Assembly (NCBI GenBank): GCA_965217895.1
Contig: CBDCJV010000002.1
Coordinates: forward strand, 2,560,001 to 2,624,000
Length of the DNA: 64,000 nucleotides
Direction of reading: 5' to 3'
Source of the DNA: Waterburya sp.
GTDB taxonomy: Bacteria; Cyanobacteriota; Cyanobacteriia; Cyanobacteriales; Xenococcaceae
A model generated the notes under the pieces. That model made no database searches. It was not told the origin of the DNA and saw only the letters and a program-made list of their open reading frames with translations. The translations under genes and the position numbers were made by a program. Of the stretch, positions 10,363-20,846 are shown one piece after another. Numbering within the stretch: the first letter of the stretch is position 1; the number at the start of each line of letters is the position of its first letter.

Positions 10363-11787
10363 TTATGAAGTTAATATTTTAAGTTTTTCCTGCTCATCTT
10401 GGGTCAAGTCAGTTGACTGACCAAGAATTTCTTTATACATCTTGATGTATTCCAAAGCCGATTTTACCCAGCTAAAGTTTTGACTCATGGCTCGTTGCTG
10501 TAATTCTTGCCATCTATCTTTATAAACAAATCCTTCGGAAGCTCGAACCATACAGGTAAATAAATCTAGGGGTTCGTAACGATCAAAACAATAGCCAGTA
10601 CCTGCTTTGTTCATTGGCTCGTGATGACTTACCGTATCTACTAAACCACCAGTGCGCCTGACAATCGGAATGCAACCATAGCGCATTGCCAACATCTGAC
10701 TAATACCGCAGGGTTCAAACTTAGAAGGCATTAGAAAGACATCACAACCGCCGTAGATCCTGCGTCCTAATGAGTCGTTGTAAAGTAGCTGTACTGACAC
10801 TCTGCCAGGAAAACGAGTGGCTACCTGCCACAGTTGGGTTTCAATTTGGCGATCGCCCGTACCTAAGACTACTAGCTGAGAATTGCTATATGCCATAAAG
10901 CGATCGATTATCTGCAACAGCAGGTCAATTCCTTTCTGGTCAACTAATCTGGAGACAATTCCCATGAAGAAAACGTTGGGATCTACGCTCAAACCCAATT
11001 CTTTTTGTAAAGCGGATTTATTGATCGCTCTTTTGGCTATAGTATCTTGAGTAAAATTTTGCTCTAGAGCTTTGTCTTGGGCAGGATCGTAACTATCTGT
11101 ATCAATGCCATTTAAAATTCCTCTAGTCTTACCGCTAATAAAGGAAAGTAAACCTTCAAGTTTTTCGCCATATTCAACGGTTTTAATTTGTTGATTGTAG
11201 GTAGGAGAGACAGTATTAACGCGATCGGCAAACTGCACCGCAGCAGCCATTACATTATGTCCCTGCATATACCAAGGACACCAGGTAATCTGCTCTAAAT
11301 ACCATCGCCAAGGACCTTGATAAGCTAAATTATGAATTGTAAAAACGCTAGAAATATCAGGTGACTGATTCAACCACACAGGAAGCATTCCTGTATGCCA
11401 GTCATGACAGTGAACTATTTCTGGCTTCCAGTAATTCCAGCAAAACTCGGCTGCACCATTACTAAAGAAAGTAAACCGCCAAGCCTCATCTTCTCCTGCA
11501 TAAATTCTGGGCGGATCGAAAGCAGGATGACCAAATAAGTAGAGTGGAACATCACTATCTGGTAAAACACTTTCATAAACAGCAAAGCCATTAAACATGG
11601 CATTTCCCCACCAGACGGGATTAGGGGGAATATTTATTTTGTCGTTTAAAAAGCCATAGTAAGGCATAAAAATACGGACATCATGACCTAGCTTTTTTAA
11701 TACTTTAGGTAACGCACCTACCACATCCCCTAGTCCCCCTACCTTGGCAATAGGAGCGACTTCTGCTGCTACAAATAAAATCCGCAT
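10363..11787 (-). CDS. glgA: Glycogen synthase
   Basis: [33 protein letters not shown]. Confidence 0.96.
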   Translation of the reverse strand: MRILFVAAEVAPIAKVGGLGDVVGALPKVLKKLGHDVRIFMPYYGFLNDKINIPPNPVWWGNAMFNGFAVYESVLPDSDVPLYLFGHPAFDPPRIYAGEDEAWRFTFFSNGAAEFCWNYWKPEIVHCHDWHTGMLPVWLNQSPDISSVFTIHNLAYQGPWRWYLEQITWCPWYMQGHNVMAAAVQFADRVNTVSPTYNQQIKTVEYGEKLEGLLSFISGKTRGILNGIDTDSYDPAQDKALEQNFTQDTIAKRAINKSALQKELGLSVDPNVFFMGIVSRLVDQKGIDLLLQIIDRFMAYSNSQLVVLGTGDRQIETQLWQVATRFPGRVSVQLLYNDSLGRRIYGGCDVFLMPSKFEPCGISQMLAMRYGCIPIVRRTGGLVDTVSHHEPMNKAGTGYCFDRYEPLDLFTCMVRASEGFVYKDRWQELQQRAMSQNFSWVKSALEYIKMYKEILGQSTDLTQDEQEKLKILTS

Positions 11788-11918
11788 TTAATTACTATGG
11801 TGCTTATTCCTGCTAACGCTTTCTGTGTGATTATATAGGTCGGAGGGTAAAGGCGATAGGGGATCGAGAAAAAGATTTAGTATAATTTATTTTGAGCCAA
11901 GGTCACAGCAAAGATTTT

Positions 11919-12080
11919 GTAGGGTGGGCAAAAGCTGAAAAATATAAAACCGTTTCGGAAGAAACCCTTTGCCCACCAAATTAAAAATCATAAAATTAAT
12001 AATTTGTGCTTGATTCTGATTTTGGTGGGCATCAAATAAATATTCTTATTTTAATCATGGTTTTTCTCTGCCCGCCCTAC
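11919..12080. repeat. REP/BIME-like palindromic element (GTAG type)
   Basis: GTAGGGTGGGCA...TTTGCCCACCA...TGGTGGGCA...TGCCCGCCCTAC. Confidence 0.7.
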
Positions 12081-12118
12081 GATTCATATCTTTGGTAAAT
12101 ACAAAAAAGGAGTAAGTT

Positions 12119-12598
12119 TTGCTTAATACAAACGAACATAAAGCGTATTTGCAAGGTTTGCCTAGAAAAAGAATGGGTACTGGATGTTTGTTTTTTAACG
12201 ATCAAGGAAAAATGTTGATTCTTAAGCCTACCTATAAAAATAACTGGCTGCTTCCTGGTGGCGTAATTGAAGCCAATGAATCACCGAGACAAGCCTGTAT
12301 TCGAGAAGTAAAAGAAGAAATAGGGATTGACTGTCAACCAAGCAGATTACTTTGCGTTGATTACGTTGGCGATCGCCTTAATAATATAGAATCAGTACAG
12401 TTTGTTTTTCTAGGAGGAATTATTGCGAATGAAACAAAAATCAGTCTTCCTGAACAAGAAATTAGCACCTATCAATTTCTAGAATCTAAAACGGCAGTAT
12501 CAATGCTAGGAGTTCATTCTCAATCAAGGTTAGAAAATTGTTTGCCTTATTTAGCAAGCCAGACAACAGTTTACTTAGAGAATGGCAAGCAACCATAA
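12119..12598 (+). CDS. NUDIX hydrolase
   Basis: Nudix box GGVIEANESPRQACIREVKEEIG. Confidence 0.9.
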   Translation: MLNTNEHKAYLQGLPRKRMGTGCLFFNDQGKMLILKPTYKNNWLLPGGVIEANESPRQACIREVKEEIGIDCQPSRLLCVDYVGDRLNNIESVQFVFLGGIIANETKISLPEQEISTYQFLESKTAVSMLGVHSQSRLENCLPYLASQTTVYLENGKQP

Positions 12599-12745
12599 TA
12601 TCTTGCTTCAGTTATCAAGCTACGTTATTTATTTTTGGAGCAGACAAATAAGAAGTTAACTGTCAAAATCAATTGGTGATGGTATTACTTACAATTGAAT
12701 TAATTTAGATCAAAATTTTTGGCGTTTTTTTCGCGAGATTACTTA

Positions 12746-15007
12746 ATGACTACCAAACCTCCTGCTAAGGGCAATAACTCTCAATCACCCATTAGTAAAG
12801 CTGTCACCCAAGCGGTACAAAAGATTAAAGTTAACTTTAGCCGTGGCAATTTTCAATCAGGCAAAGCGACTCCAGAGTTAAGAATTAAAGAAGCTAATGG
12901 TAAAGAAGAAACTTATCCCTTAATTGGCGATCGCTATACTTTAGGACGTAGTTCAAACTGTGATATCAGTATCCGCAATGCGGTAGTCAGTCAAACTCAT
13001 TTAATCTTAAAAAGAAATCGCAAAAAACCTCGTTCGTTTATAGTTCAAGACGAGCAGTCTACTAATGGTACTTACCGAGGTAAGCGTCGCTTTAAAAATT
13101 TCTCTTTATTTCATGGAGAAAGCTTTACCTTGGGGCCCCCAGAATTGGCTGCTGCCGTTACGGTTAAATACATTAATCCTCCTCCACTGTGGCTCTATAT
13201 TATCCGTTATTCTCTTTATGGCATGGGAGGGCTGTTGGGTTTGATGTTATTGATTTTGGGCATTGAATGGCTCAAAGTCCCTGTATATCCCATACCAAGA
13301 GAATCAACTCTACCTGTAGTGGTTTATGCCCAGGATGGAGTAACGCCGATTAATCCTACGGCACAGAATAACACCCATCGCGAATTAAAAAAACTCTCGG
13401 ATTTTTCGACCTATCTACCCAAGGCGGCGATCGCTTCTGAAGATAGTCGTTACTACTGGCATTTTGGCGTTGACCCTATTGGCATTAGCAGGGCGGTAAT
13501 GATTAATCTTTCTTCTTCCCAATTACGCCAGGGTGCAAGTACCCTTACTCAGCAGTTGGCAAGGAGTCTTTTTCCTGAAGTCGGCAGACAAAATACCGCA
13601 GGGCGTAAAATTCGGGAAATGATCGTGGCTTTGAAGCTAGAAACTTTTTACAGCAAAGATTTTATTCTTAAAACCTATCTCAACCGCGTCTATCTAGGCA
13701 TTGGTAGCTATGGCTTTGAAGATGCTGCCCAATTTTATTTTGAAAAGTCGGCAGCCGATCTTGACCTATCTGAAGCTGCTACTTTGGTGGCGATCTTACC
13801 TGCACCAAATTTATATAACCCTGTCAAAGACTATAATACTGCCGTTGGCTTACGTAACCGTATTATCGACCGTATGCTGGCATTAGGCATGGTAAATGCA
13901 GAAGAGGCAGATCGGGCAAGGCGATCGCGCATTGAAGTTAGCCCTAAAGCCCAAGAAACTCTTAATAGTGCGGTTGCTCCTTACTTTTACAGCTATGTTT
14001 TAGATGAGCTTAAAACTCTATTGGGTGCAGACGTGGCACAGGAAGGCAACTTTATCGTCGAAACAGCGTTAGATCCTCAACTACAACAAGAAGCAGAAGA
14101 ATCTTTGGAGTATTCTGTTGCTAACAACGGCGATCGCTTTGGCTATTCTCAAGGGGCAGTAGTTACCCTCGATAGTCGAAACGGCAATATACTGGCTATG
14201 GTTGGTGGCGTTGACCACGATCAAAGTCAATTTAATCGGGTAGTCCAGGCAAAAAGACAACCAGGTTCAACCTTCAAAATCTTTACCTATGCAGCAGCTA
14301 TTGAAGAAGGCATCGACACGGATACAAAATATTCCTGCGCCCCTTTCTCTTGGAAAGGACAGCAATATCGTGGTTGTGAACGTAGTAGTGGCGATATTGA
14401 TATGTATCAGGGTTTAGCACAGTCAGAAAACGTTATCGCTCTTCGGGTTGCCGAAGAGGTGGGCTTGAAAAAAGTTATGGAGGTAGCTCAACGTCTTGGA
14501 GTCTCGTCCCCGCTTACCGAAGCCCCTGGTTTAGTTATCGGACAAAGTGAAACTAACGTACTGGAAATGACTGGTGCTTATGCCACCATTGCCAATGACG
14601 GCATTTGGAATAAACCCCACGCCATCAATCGAATTTTAGATGGAAATGACTGCAAAAAATCAGGCAAACCTGATACCTGTCGCGAAATTTATGTTTTTGA
14701 CGACGATAAAGCAACCTATCGCGATGTCATCTCTCAAGATGTTACCGACAAACTTACCGATATGCTCAAAGAAGTTGTGGAAAACGGTACGGGCAAAGCT
14801 GCATACATAGATAAAGGGGAAGCAGGGAAAACAGGCACAACAGATAACAATGTCGATCTCTGGTTTATCGGCTATGTACCCAAAGATGATTACGACTACG
14901 TGACGGGGGTTTGGTTGGGCAATGACAACAATTCACCCACCAGTGGTAGTAGTTCGCAAGCAGCAAGTCTTTGGGGCAGATATATGAAACAAGCGGTTAG
15001 TAATTAA
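12746..15007 (+). CDS. Class A penicillin-binding protein with N-terminal FHA domain
   Basis: FHA (LGRSSNCD, VSQTH, STNGT), TM helix, transglycosylase (EDSRYYWH.GVD, GASTLTQQLAR), transpeptidase (STFK, SEN, KTG). Confidence 0.92.
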   Translation: MTTKPPAKGNNSQSPISKAVTQAVQKIKVNFSRGNFQSGKATPELRIKEANGKEETYPLIGDRYTLGRSSNCDISIRNAVVSQTHLILKRNRKKPRSFIVQDEQSTNGTYRGKRRFKNFSLFHGESFTLGPPELAAAVTVKYINPPPLWLYIIRYSLYGMGGLLGLMLLILGIEWLKVPVYPIPRESTLPVVVYAQDGVTPINPTAQNNTHRELKKLSDFSTYLPKAAIASEDSRYYWHFGVDPIGISRAVMINLSSSQLRQGASTLTQQLARSLFPEVGRQNTAGRKIREMIVALKLETFYSKDFILKTYLNRVYLGIGSYGFEDAAQFYFEKSAADLDLSEAATLVAILPAPNLYNPVKDYNTAVGLRNRIIDRMLALGMVNAEEADRARRSRIEVSPKAQETLNSAVAPYFYSYVLDELKTLLGADVAQEGNFIVETALDPQLQQEAEESLEYSVANNGDRFGYSQGAVVTLDSRNGNILAMVGGVDHDQSQFNRVVQAKRQPGSTFKIFTYAAAIEEGIDTDTKYSCAPFSWKGQQYRGCERSSGDIDMYQGLAQSENVIALRVAEEVGLKKVMEVAQRLGVSSPLTEAPGLVIGQSETNVLEMTGAYATIANDGIWNKPHAINRILDGNDCKKSGKPDTCREIYVFDDDKATYRDVISQDVTDKLTDMLKEVVENGTGKAAYIDKGEAGKTGTTDNNVDLWFIGYVPKDDYDYVTGVWLGNDNNSPTSGSSSQAASLWGRYMKQAVSN

Positions 15008-15027
15008 GTGAAGATAATTTTTGGATC

Positions 15028-15489
15028 ATGACTACCAAAATACCAAATCTTAACCAGTTGTATGACCGCGATTATCATTTGTGGCTAGAAGAAACTGCAC
15101 AACTATTGAAAACTAAAAACTTTAGCCAACTAGATATTAAAAATTTAATTGAAGAAATAGAAACCTTGGGCAGAAGTGAACGCAATAAAATAGTATCTAG
15201 CCTCAGATTAATCTATCAGCATCTACTTAAATGGCAATATCAGCCAGAAAAACGTAGTATAAGCTGGACAAACACTATTGATCGCGAACGAGATAATATC
15301 TGTGACTATATAGAAGATATGCCCAGTCTCAAAAAAATATTAGACAATCCAGAAATAATAGCAAAAGCCTATCGACGAGGTAAAAGAGATGCAATTAAAG
15401 AAACAGGAATGATAAATCTGCCAGCAGATTGTCCTTTTACAATTCAGCAAGTTCTTGATTCTAGCTATTTACCATCCTGCGATTTCTAA
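15028..15489 (+). CDS. DUF29 family protein
   Basis: LYDRDYHLW, LIEEIE.LGRSE, HLLKWQYQP, CPFT. Confidence 0.9.
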   Translation: MTTKIPNLNQLYDRDYHLWLEETAQLLKTKNFSQLDIKNLIEEIETLGRSERNKIVSSLRLIYQHLLKWQYQPEKRSISWTNTIDRERDNICDYIEDMPSLKKILDNPEIIAKAYRRGKRDAIKETGMINLPADCPFTIQQVLDSSYLPSCDF

Positions 15490-15496
15490 GAAGATA

Positions 15497-15623
15497 CAGC
15501 CGTTTTCAGTCGGATGAACTACGTTTTCAATTGGGTAGCCTGTAGTTCTAAGCCATAAGCTCTAAGCTTTAAGCGTTTTTTAATTCGAGTTATAATTGTG
15601 GTCTACCAATATGAAAAGCGCAG
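15497..15623. mobile_element. 127-bp MITE with TA target duplication, inserted in the left end of the larger MITE
   Basis: TA|CAGCCGTTTTCA...TGAAAAGCGCAG|TA; internal TAAGCnn heptamers. Confidence 0.55.
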
Positions 15624-15686
15624 TATCTGAAAAGCTATTTTTTACATTCAAGTTCTTGGTTTTGCCCCCCTAGCCCCCCAAGTTTG

Positions 15687-17168
15687 GGTAGGGCTGTTTC
15701 ATTCTAGAGCTAAAGTGCGGTAAATTGATATAAAACCTAATTTAACCGCTCAATGACTTCAAAAGACTGGAATAAAAGCTTAATTGACTATTTGAAACAA
15801 ATACCTGATGAGCGAAAAGCAGGTGAATGAATGAGCATCTCAGTATACTCACAATAGTCAAGGTCAATGGATTGCAATTGATGGCAAAAGTTTGAAAAAT
15901 ACTGTCAACGACTGTTATGGACAACAGCAAAACTTCGTCATGATGGTTTCGGCTTTGACTCATGAAGGCGGGGAAATTTTAGGCATAAAAGTTAGGGAAA
16001 ATAAGAAACAAAGTGAGATTGTCGCCGTGCAAGACTTATTAGAATTGCTGCATTTAAAAGGAGTGGTGTTCACGATGGATGCTCTACATTGTCAAAAAAA
16101 ACAGTCTCAGCAATTATCGACAGTGGTAATAACTACCTAATTGTGGTCAAAAGAAATCAAAAAACATTACATCGACAAATTGAGCGGAGGAAATGCGTGG
16201 GTTTCCCGCGCTTATTCCACTCCGCTGTTGAATTTCAAGCAACAAGTACAAAGGCGATTAGTTGCTTTGAGCAGATCGAGAAGACAAGAAATCGACTAAC
16301 TCATCGAACTGTAGAAGTATTGGCTCCTCCATCAAACATTGATTCTCAATGGGTTGGAGTTCATAGTATCATCAAAATTTTCCGTTCGCGAACAAGAGGT
16401 AATCACGATTACGAATCGGATTCGGCGACTTATTATATTAGTTCTTTACCCAACTCCTTCGGAGTTAAGTAGCAAGTAGCGCGTTCTGGAGAACGCCGAC
16501 ATCGCTTCGCGATGGCGACACGCTCCAGCGTGTGCAAATAGCAGATAGCAATTAAGAAAAACTCCGAAGTTGGATATGCAGCCTCTTCATTGATGAGGAA
16601 AAGATGAAAAAATAATTCAACTCTTGAATACATGCGGGCAAGCCCTTTGTCTGACACAGGAGCTATCGCTCCATGTCGTCGTCTTCGACGACTTTGCAAG
16701 CTTTGCTTGCTGTGGCAGAGGTTGAACTTGCAGACGCGCTTCGCGTCTGGCCGTTGCGGAGCAACGTCGGCAGCCTCCAGGCTGCGCTACTTGTTATCTG
16801 CTACTTGTGAACAGCAACTTCTTGGCTTATTCCCCAAGGTATTGGCCGACATTGGGGTATCGAGAATCGTTGGCATTGGGGAGGCACGGACGGCGAACCT
16901 GCGTCGCCGTATTGAGTGCCGTTTAAGGATGTCGTAACGAAAGAAGATAACAGCCCTCAACTTCACGGCAAAGCATCCACAAACATCTCTTTGATTAAAA
17001 GTTGGGTTATTAACCTACTGAGAGTTCATGGTCTCGATTCTATGACTGAGGCAATCAGTTATTTAAGCTATAATTTGCCATTATTACTTTCTTTGTGTCA
17101 CTAATAGGTGTAGTGAATAGATTTATTCGCGATCGCATCTTCTATTTTGAGAATGAAACAGCTCTACC
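15687..17168 (+). mobile_element. ISAs1-family insertion sequence with fragmented transposase
   Basis: Ends GGTAGGGCTGTTTCATTC / GAATGAAACAGCTCTACC; CCAAGTTTG duplicated on both sides. Motifs IAIDGKSL, FTMDALHCQK, VKRNQ, YYISSL, KDVV.KED are split across frames and insertions. Confidence 0.88.
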
Positions 17169-17539
17169 CCAAGTTTGGGGGGCTGGGGGGGCAAAAGCTA
17201 GTAAAAGTTTAGCAAAAACAGCTTTTCAGATATCCTCTTAGACAAATATAAGAAGGGCAAGTGTAATTGAACTACTTGCTCTTTTTTTACGACTACATAG
17301 CAATAAGATCCAATTGTTAATTGACCATTAGCTAAATATTTCTTCTAAATTTTATACAAGCTTCACCTATAATTCACCTATTTATCTATTTTGTTAGACA
17401 TACTTGGGTAAAAGCACTGAAGCAAATATTACCAAGATAGAAACTGCGAGATTAGTACACGCCATTCTTTTCAATTTTAAAAATCCTTTAAAACTTTTAA
17501 TACTTTTATATTTCACTCATTATTTAGTAACTTTATCCA

Positions 17540-19027
17540 ATGATTAAGTCTTATCTGTTAAACCAAACTTTTAATCTTCAGTCTTTAAGACAGCTTCAAG
17601 TTCTAGGCAATGCTACTAAAAATCCTACGTCTTTACCAGCAACATCTTTATTTGGGACAGACGGTATTCGAGGATGCGTTGGTGCAGATAAACTTTTGAA
17701 CTCTTCTTTAGCTTTGCAAGTTGGCTTTTGGGCAGGACAAGTATTACGAGCAAACAGTATGCAGCTAGCTCCCATTATTCTTGGTCAAGACTCCAGAAAT
17801 TCTAGCAATATGCTATCGATGGCATTGTCTGAGGGCTTAACTGCTGCGGGGGTAGAAGTTTGGAATTTGGGTTTATGTCCGACTCCTGCGGTGGCACACT
17901 TAACTAGCATTAGTGGAGCGATCGCGGGAATCATGATTTCTGCTAGTCATAATCCTCCCGAAGACAACGGCATAAAGTTCTTTGGGGCTGAAGGAACTAA
18001 GCTTTCTGCTTTAGTTCAGGCACAAATTGAGGCAGGAATTCGCGGTAGATGGGAAGGAAATGACATCGTAGTTTCTAGCTCTCAATTTTTGGGTAAACAG
18101 TACTATCGACCAGAATTAGTAACTCAATACATTAAATCAGTGCGTAAACCTTTTGAGTCTAAAATTAATTTGCACCAAATGCGAATTGTCTTAGATCTAG
18201 CCTGGGGGGCTGCGGTCAATACTGCCCCAGCCATATTTAAAGCTATGGGTGCAGAGGTAATTACCCTCCACGATCTTCCTGATGGCGATCGCATTAACGT
18301 TAACTGCGGTTCAACTCATCTGGCTACTTTGCAACAGGCCGTTAAAGAACATCAGGCCGATTTGGGATTTGCCTTTGATGGTGATGCTGACCGAGTTATG
18401 GCGGTCGATTCCCAGGGTCAAGTAGTAGATGGCGACTATATTCTCTATTTTTGGGGTCAAGCATTACGTCAACAGCAGATGTTGCCCAATAACACCATTG
18501 TGGCTACAGTAATGGCAAACTTAGGGTTTGAGAACGCCTGGGTCAAATCGGGAGGCAAACTAATTAGAACTCCTGTAGGCGATCGGCACGTTCATTCAAA
18601 AATGGTTGAACTGAATGCAAAGCTAGGGGGAGAACAGTCTGGACACATACTTTGTCCTCATCATGCTGTTTCTGGAGATGGTGTTTTAACCGCATTGCAC
18701 CTATCAACCTTAGTTAAACAGTCAGGCACGTCTCTGACTCAAATGCTGGCTCAAAGCTTTCAGACTTATCCTCAGCTACTCAAAAATGTCCGAGTTGAAG
18801 ATCCCGAACGTCGTCTGAATTGGCAGGAATGCGAGCCTTTACAAAAAGCGATCGCCCAAGCAGAGACAGCAATGGGCAACGAAGGAAGAATTCTTGTGCG
18901 TCCTTCAGGTACAGAGCCTTTGATTCGCGTCATGGTCGAGGCGGTCAACATGGACTTAGCTCAACACTGGTCTAATGTTTTGGTTGACTGCACAGAAAAA
19001 CATTTATCAATGACCAATGAACAATGA
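17540..19027 (+). CDS. glmM: Phosphoglucosamine mutase
   Basis: [36 protein letters not shown]; true start may be downstream. Confidence 0.95.
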   Translation: MIKSYLLNQTFNLQSLRQLQVLGNATKNPTSLPATSLFGTDGIRGCVGADKLLNSSLALQVGFWAGQVLRANSMQLAPIILGQDSRNSSNMLSMALSEGLTAAGVEVWNLGLCPTPAVAHLTSISGAIAGIMISASHNPPEDNGIKFFGAEGTKLSALVQAQIEAGIRGRWEGNDIVVSSSQFLGKQYYRPELVTQYIKSVRKPFESKINLHQMRIVLDLAWGAAVNTAPAIFKAMGAEVITLHDLPDGDRINVNCGSTHLATLQQAVKEHQADLGFAFDGDADRVMAVDSQGQVVDGDYILYFWGQALRQQQMLPNNTIVATVMANLGFENAWVKSGGKLIRTPVGDRHVHSKMVELNAKLGGEQSGHILCPHHAVSGDGVLTALHLSTLVKQSGTSLTQMLAQSFQTYPQLLKNVRVEDPERRLNWQECEPLQKAIAQAETAMGNEGRILVRPSGTEPLIRVMVEAVNMDLAQHWSNVLVDCTEKHLSMTNEQ

Positions 19028-19147
19028 TCGATGAGCAGTAAGTAGGGTAGGTAAGACCAAAGATAAGATTCTACAACAAGGCAAGTAAGCTAATTTTGCC
19101 CACCATTTAACGATCACCTATCGGTAATTAGTAATCATCTCCACGTC

Positions 19148-20563
19148 ATGTATATGCAAACCAACGACACATTAAAGCCACCAATGGGACTGCCAAAAAG
19201 AAACATTAAGTATTTCTCTAGCACCCTCAGCGATGACCTGGCTGAAATCGCCACTTGTTTTAAATGGTTAACCCCAGGATTGTCAGTTAAACGCTGGCTA
19301 ATAGTTAACGTCATCGGCATTTTGCTGACTATTATAGGGTTGGCAAGTTTTCTCCCGCTAAATTTGGTTATTAATTTAATTACTTTTATCAGTGGTCTTT
19401 CGACCATAATCACCAATCTTGTTCCTAGCTATGTATGCAGTCTCTTAACTACTCTTCTAGGTTTATGCTTGGTTTTCTTTGGGCAAACCCGTACGATTGA
19501 ATCTATTACTGAAGTTATCAAGCCTCAGGGAAACCAAAGATTAGTCGATCTCTTACTATCCCGTCGCCGTTTACACCGAGGCGCAAAGATCGTTGCTGTC
19601 GGCGGAGGTACAGGTCTTTCTAGCCTGTTAAGAGGTTTAAAACATTACACTAATAACCTTACCGCTATTGTTACCGTTGCTGATGATGGCGGCTCTTCTG
19701 GACGATTAAGAGAAGAATTTGGGGTATTGCCTCCAGGAGATATACGCAACTGTATAGCAGCTTTAGCTAAGGAAGAAAGCTTGTTAACCGAATTGTTTCA
19801 ATATCGCTTTACCTGTGGTGATGGTTTAAAAGGTCACAGCTTTGGTAATTTATTTCTCACTGCTATGAGTGAAATTACAGGGAATTTAGAAAAAGCGATC
19901 GCAGCTAGTTCTAGAGTTTTAGCTATTCAAGGGCAAGTTTTGCCTGCAACCCTTAATGATGTGCGTTTATGGGCAGAATTAGACCAAGGACAACGGGTAG
20001 AAGGTGAATCAAATATTGCAGCAGTCAAAGGAAAAATCAAGAAGATTGGCTGTATTCCCGCTAATCCTACTGCTTTACCTGCAACCATCAAGGCGATCAA
20101 ATCAGCAAACTGTATTGTTTTAGGACCAGGAAGTCTTTACACGAGCATCATTCCCAACTTATTAGTGCCAGAAATTAGAGATGCGATCGCCTTAGCAAAA
20201 GTTCCCCGTATTTATGTCTGCAATATTATGACCCAGCCTGGAGAAACAGATGGCTATAGTGTCTCAGAACATATCAAAGCGATCGATAGGGCTTGTGGTC
20301 AAAAACTATTTGATGCAGTAATTGTTAATAGTCAACCTCTCTCCTCAGCAGCCTTAGCGAAATATGCTCAAGAAGGTTCTTATCCTGTAGTTATCGACCG
20401 AGAAGAAATTGCTTTGTTAGGTCGTCAGGTAATATTAGCTGATGTTTTAGACGAAAACCAAAAAACTCACTGTATTCGCCACAACTCTAATAAATTAGCT
20501 CAAAAAATCTCTGGAAAATCTTTGAAAAAAGAGCTGGTTACTATTGAAGCGCATAATATTTAA
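19148..20563 (+). CDS. YvcK/CofD-family (gluconeogenesis factor) protein with N-terminal TM segments
   Basis: [45 protein letters not shown]. Confidence 0.92.
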   Translation: MYMQTNDTLKPPMGLPKRNIKYFSSTLSDDLAEIATCFKWLTPGLSVKRWLIVNVIGILLTIIGLASFLPLNLVINLITFISGLSTIITNLVPSYVCSLLTTLLGLCLVFFGQTRTIESITEVIKPQGNQRLVDLLLSRRRLHRGAKIVAVGGGTGLSSLLRGLKHYTNNLTAIVTVADDGGSSGRLREEFGVLPPGDIRNCIAALAKEESLLTELFQYRFTCGDGLKGHSFGNLFLTAMSEITGNLEKAIAASSRVLAIQGQVLPATLNDVRLWAELDQGQRVEGESNIAAVKGKIKKIGCIPANPTALPATIKAIKSANCIVLGPGSLYTSIIPNLLVPEIRDAIALAKVPRIYVCNIMTQPGETDGYSVSEHIKAIDRACGQKLFDAVIVNSQPLSSAALAKYAQEGSYPVVIDREEIALLGRQVILADVLDENQKTHCIRHNSNKLAQKISGKSLKKELVTIEAHNI

Positions 20564-20846
20564 CATCAAAGCTAGACTCCAAAATTATCCATAACTTTAT
20601 ACATATTTCACCGCTTCTTGATGCAATTGCCTTTTTTATAAGCCACATTAGTAATGAAGAGAGATTCACTTAGTTAAATACCGCAAGATAAAAGAAAATA
20701 TCAGTATTTATCAGGTAGTCAATTGAATTACTAGACTCTTCAAAATAAATAAAATTATCAAAAAAATTTCAGGTTGCTTTGAACACTACAGGCGATCGCT
20801 AATAACTAATAACTAACAACTAATTACTAATAACTTTTTAAAAATC

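Larger units (their letters stand above)
15487..17240. mobile_element. MITE-like element, expanded by nested insertions
   Basis: Reconstructed left end TAAGAAGATATCTGAAAAGCTATTTTT matches the reverse complement of right end AAAAACAGCTTTTCAGATATCCTCTTA with 2 mismatches. Confidence 0.6.

Noticed and set aside
16433..16937. ORFs 16433-16699 (-) and 16632-16937 (+)
   Set aside because: They lie in repeat insertions within the ISAs1 transposase
20800..20835. Heptamer runs (CTAATAA here; similar at ~19010, ~40637, ~51618)
   Set aside because: Ordinary cyanobacterial STRR-type repeats near gene ends; no further structure seen
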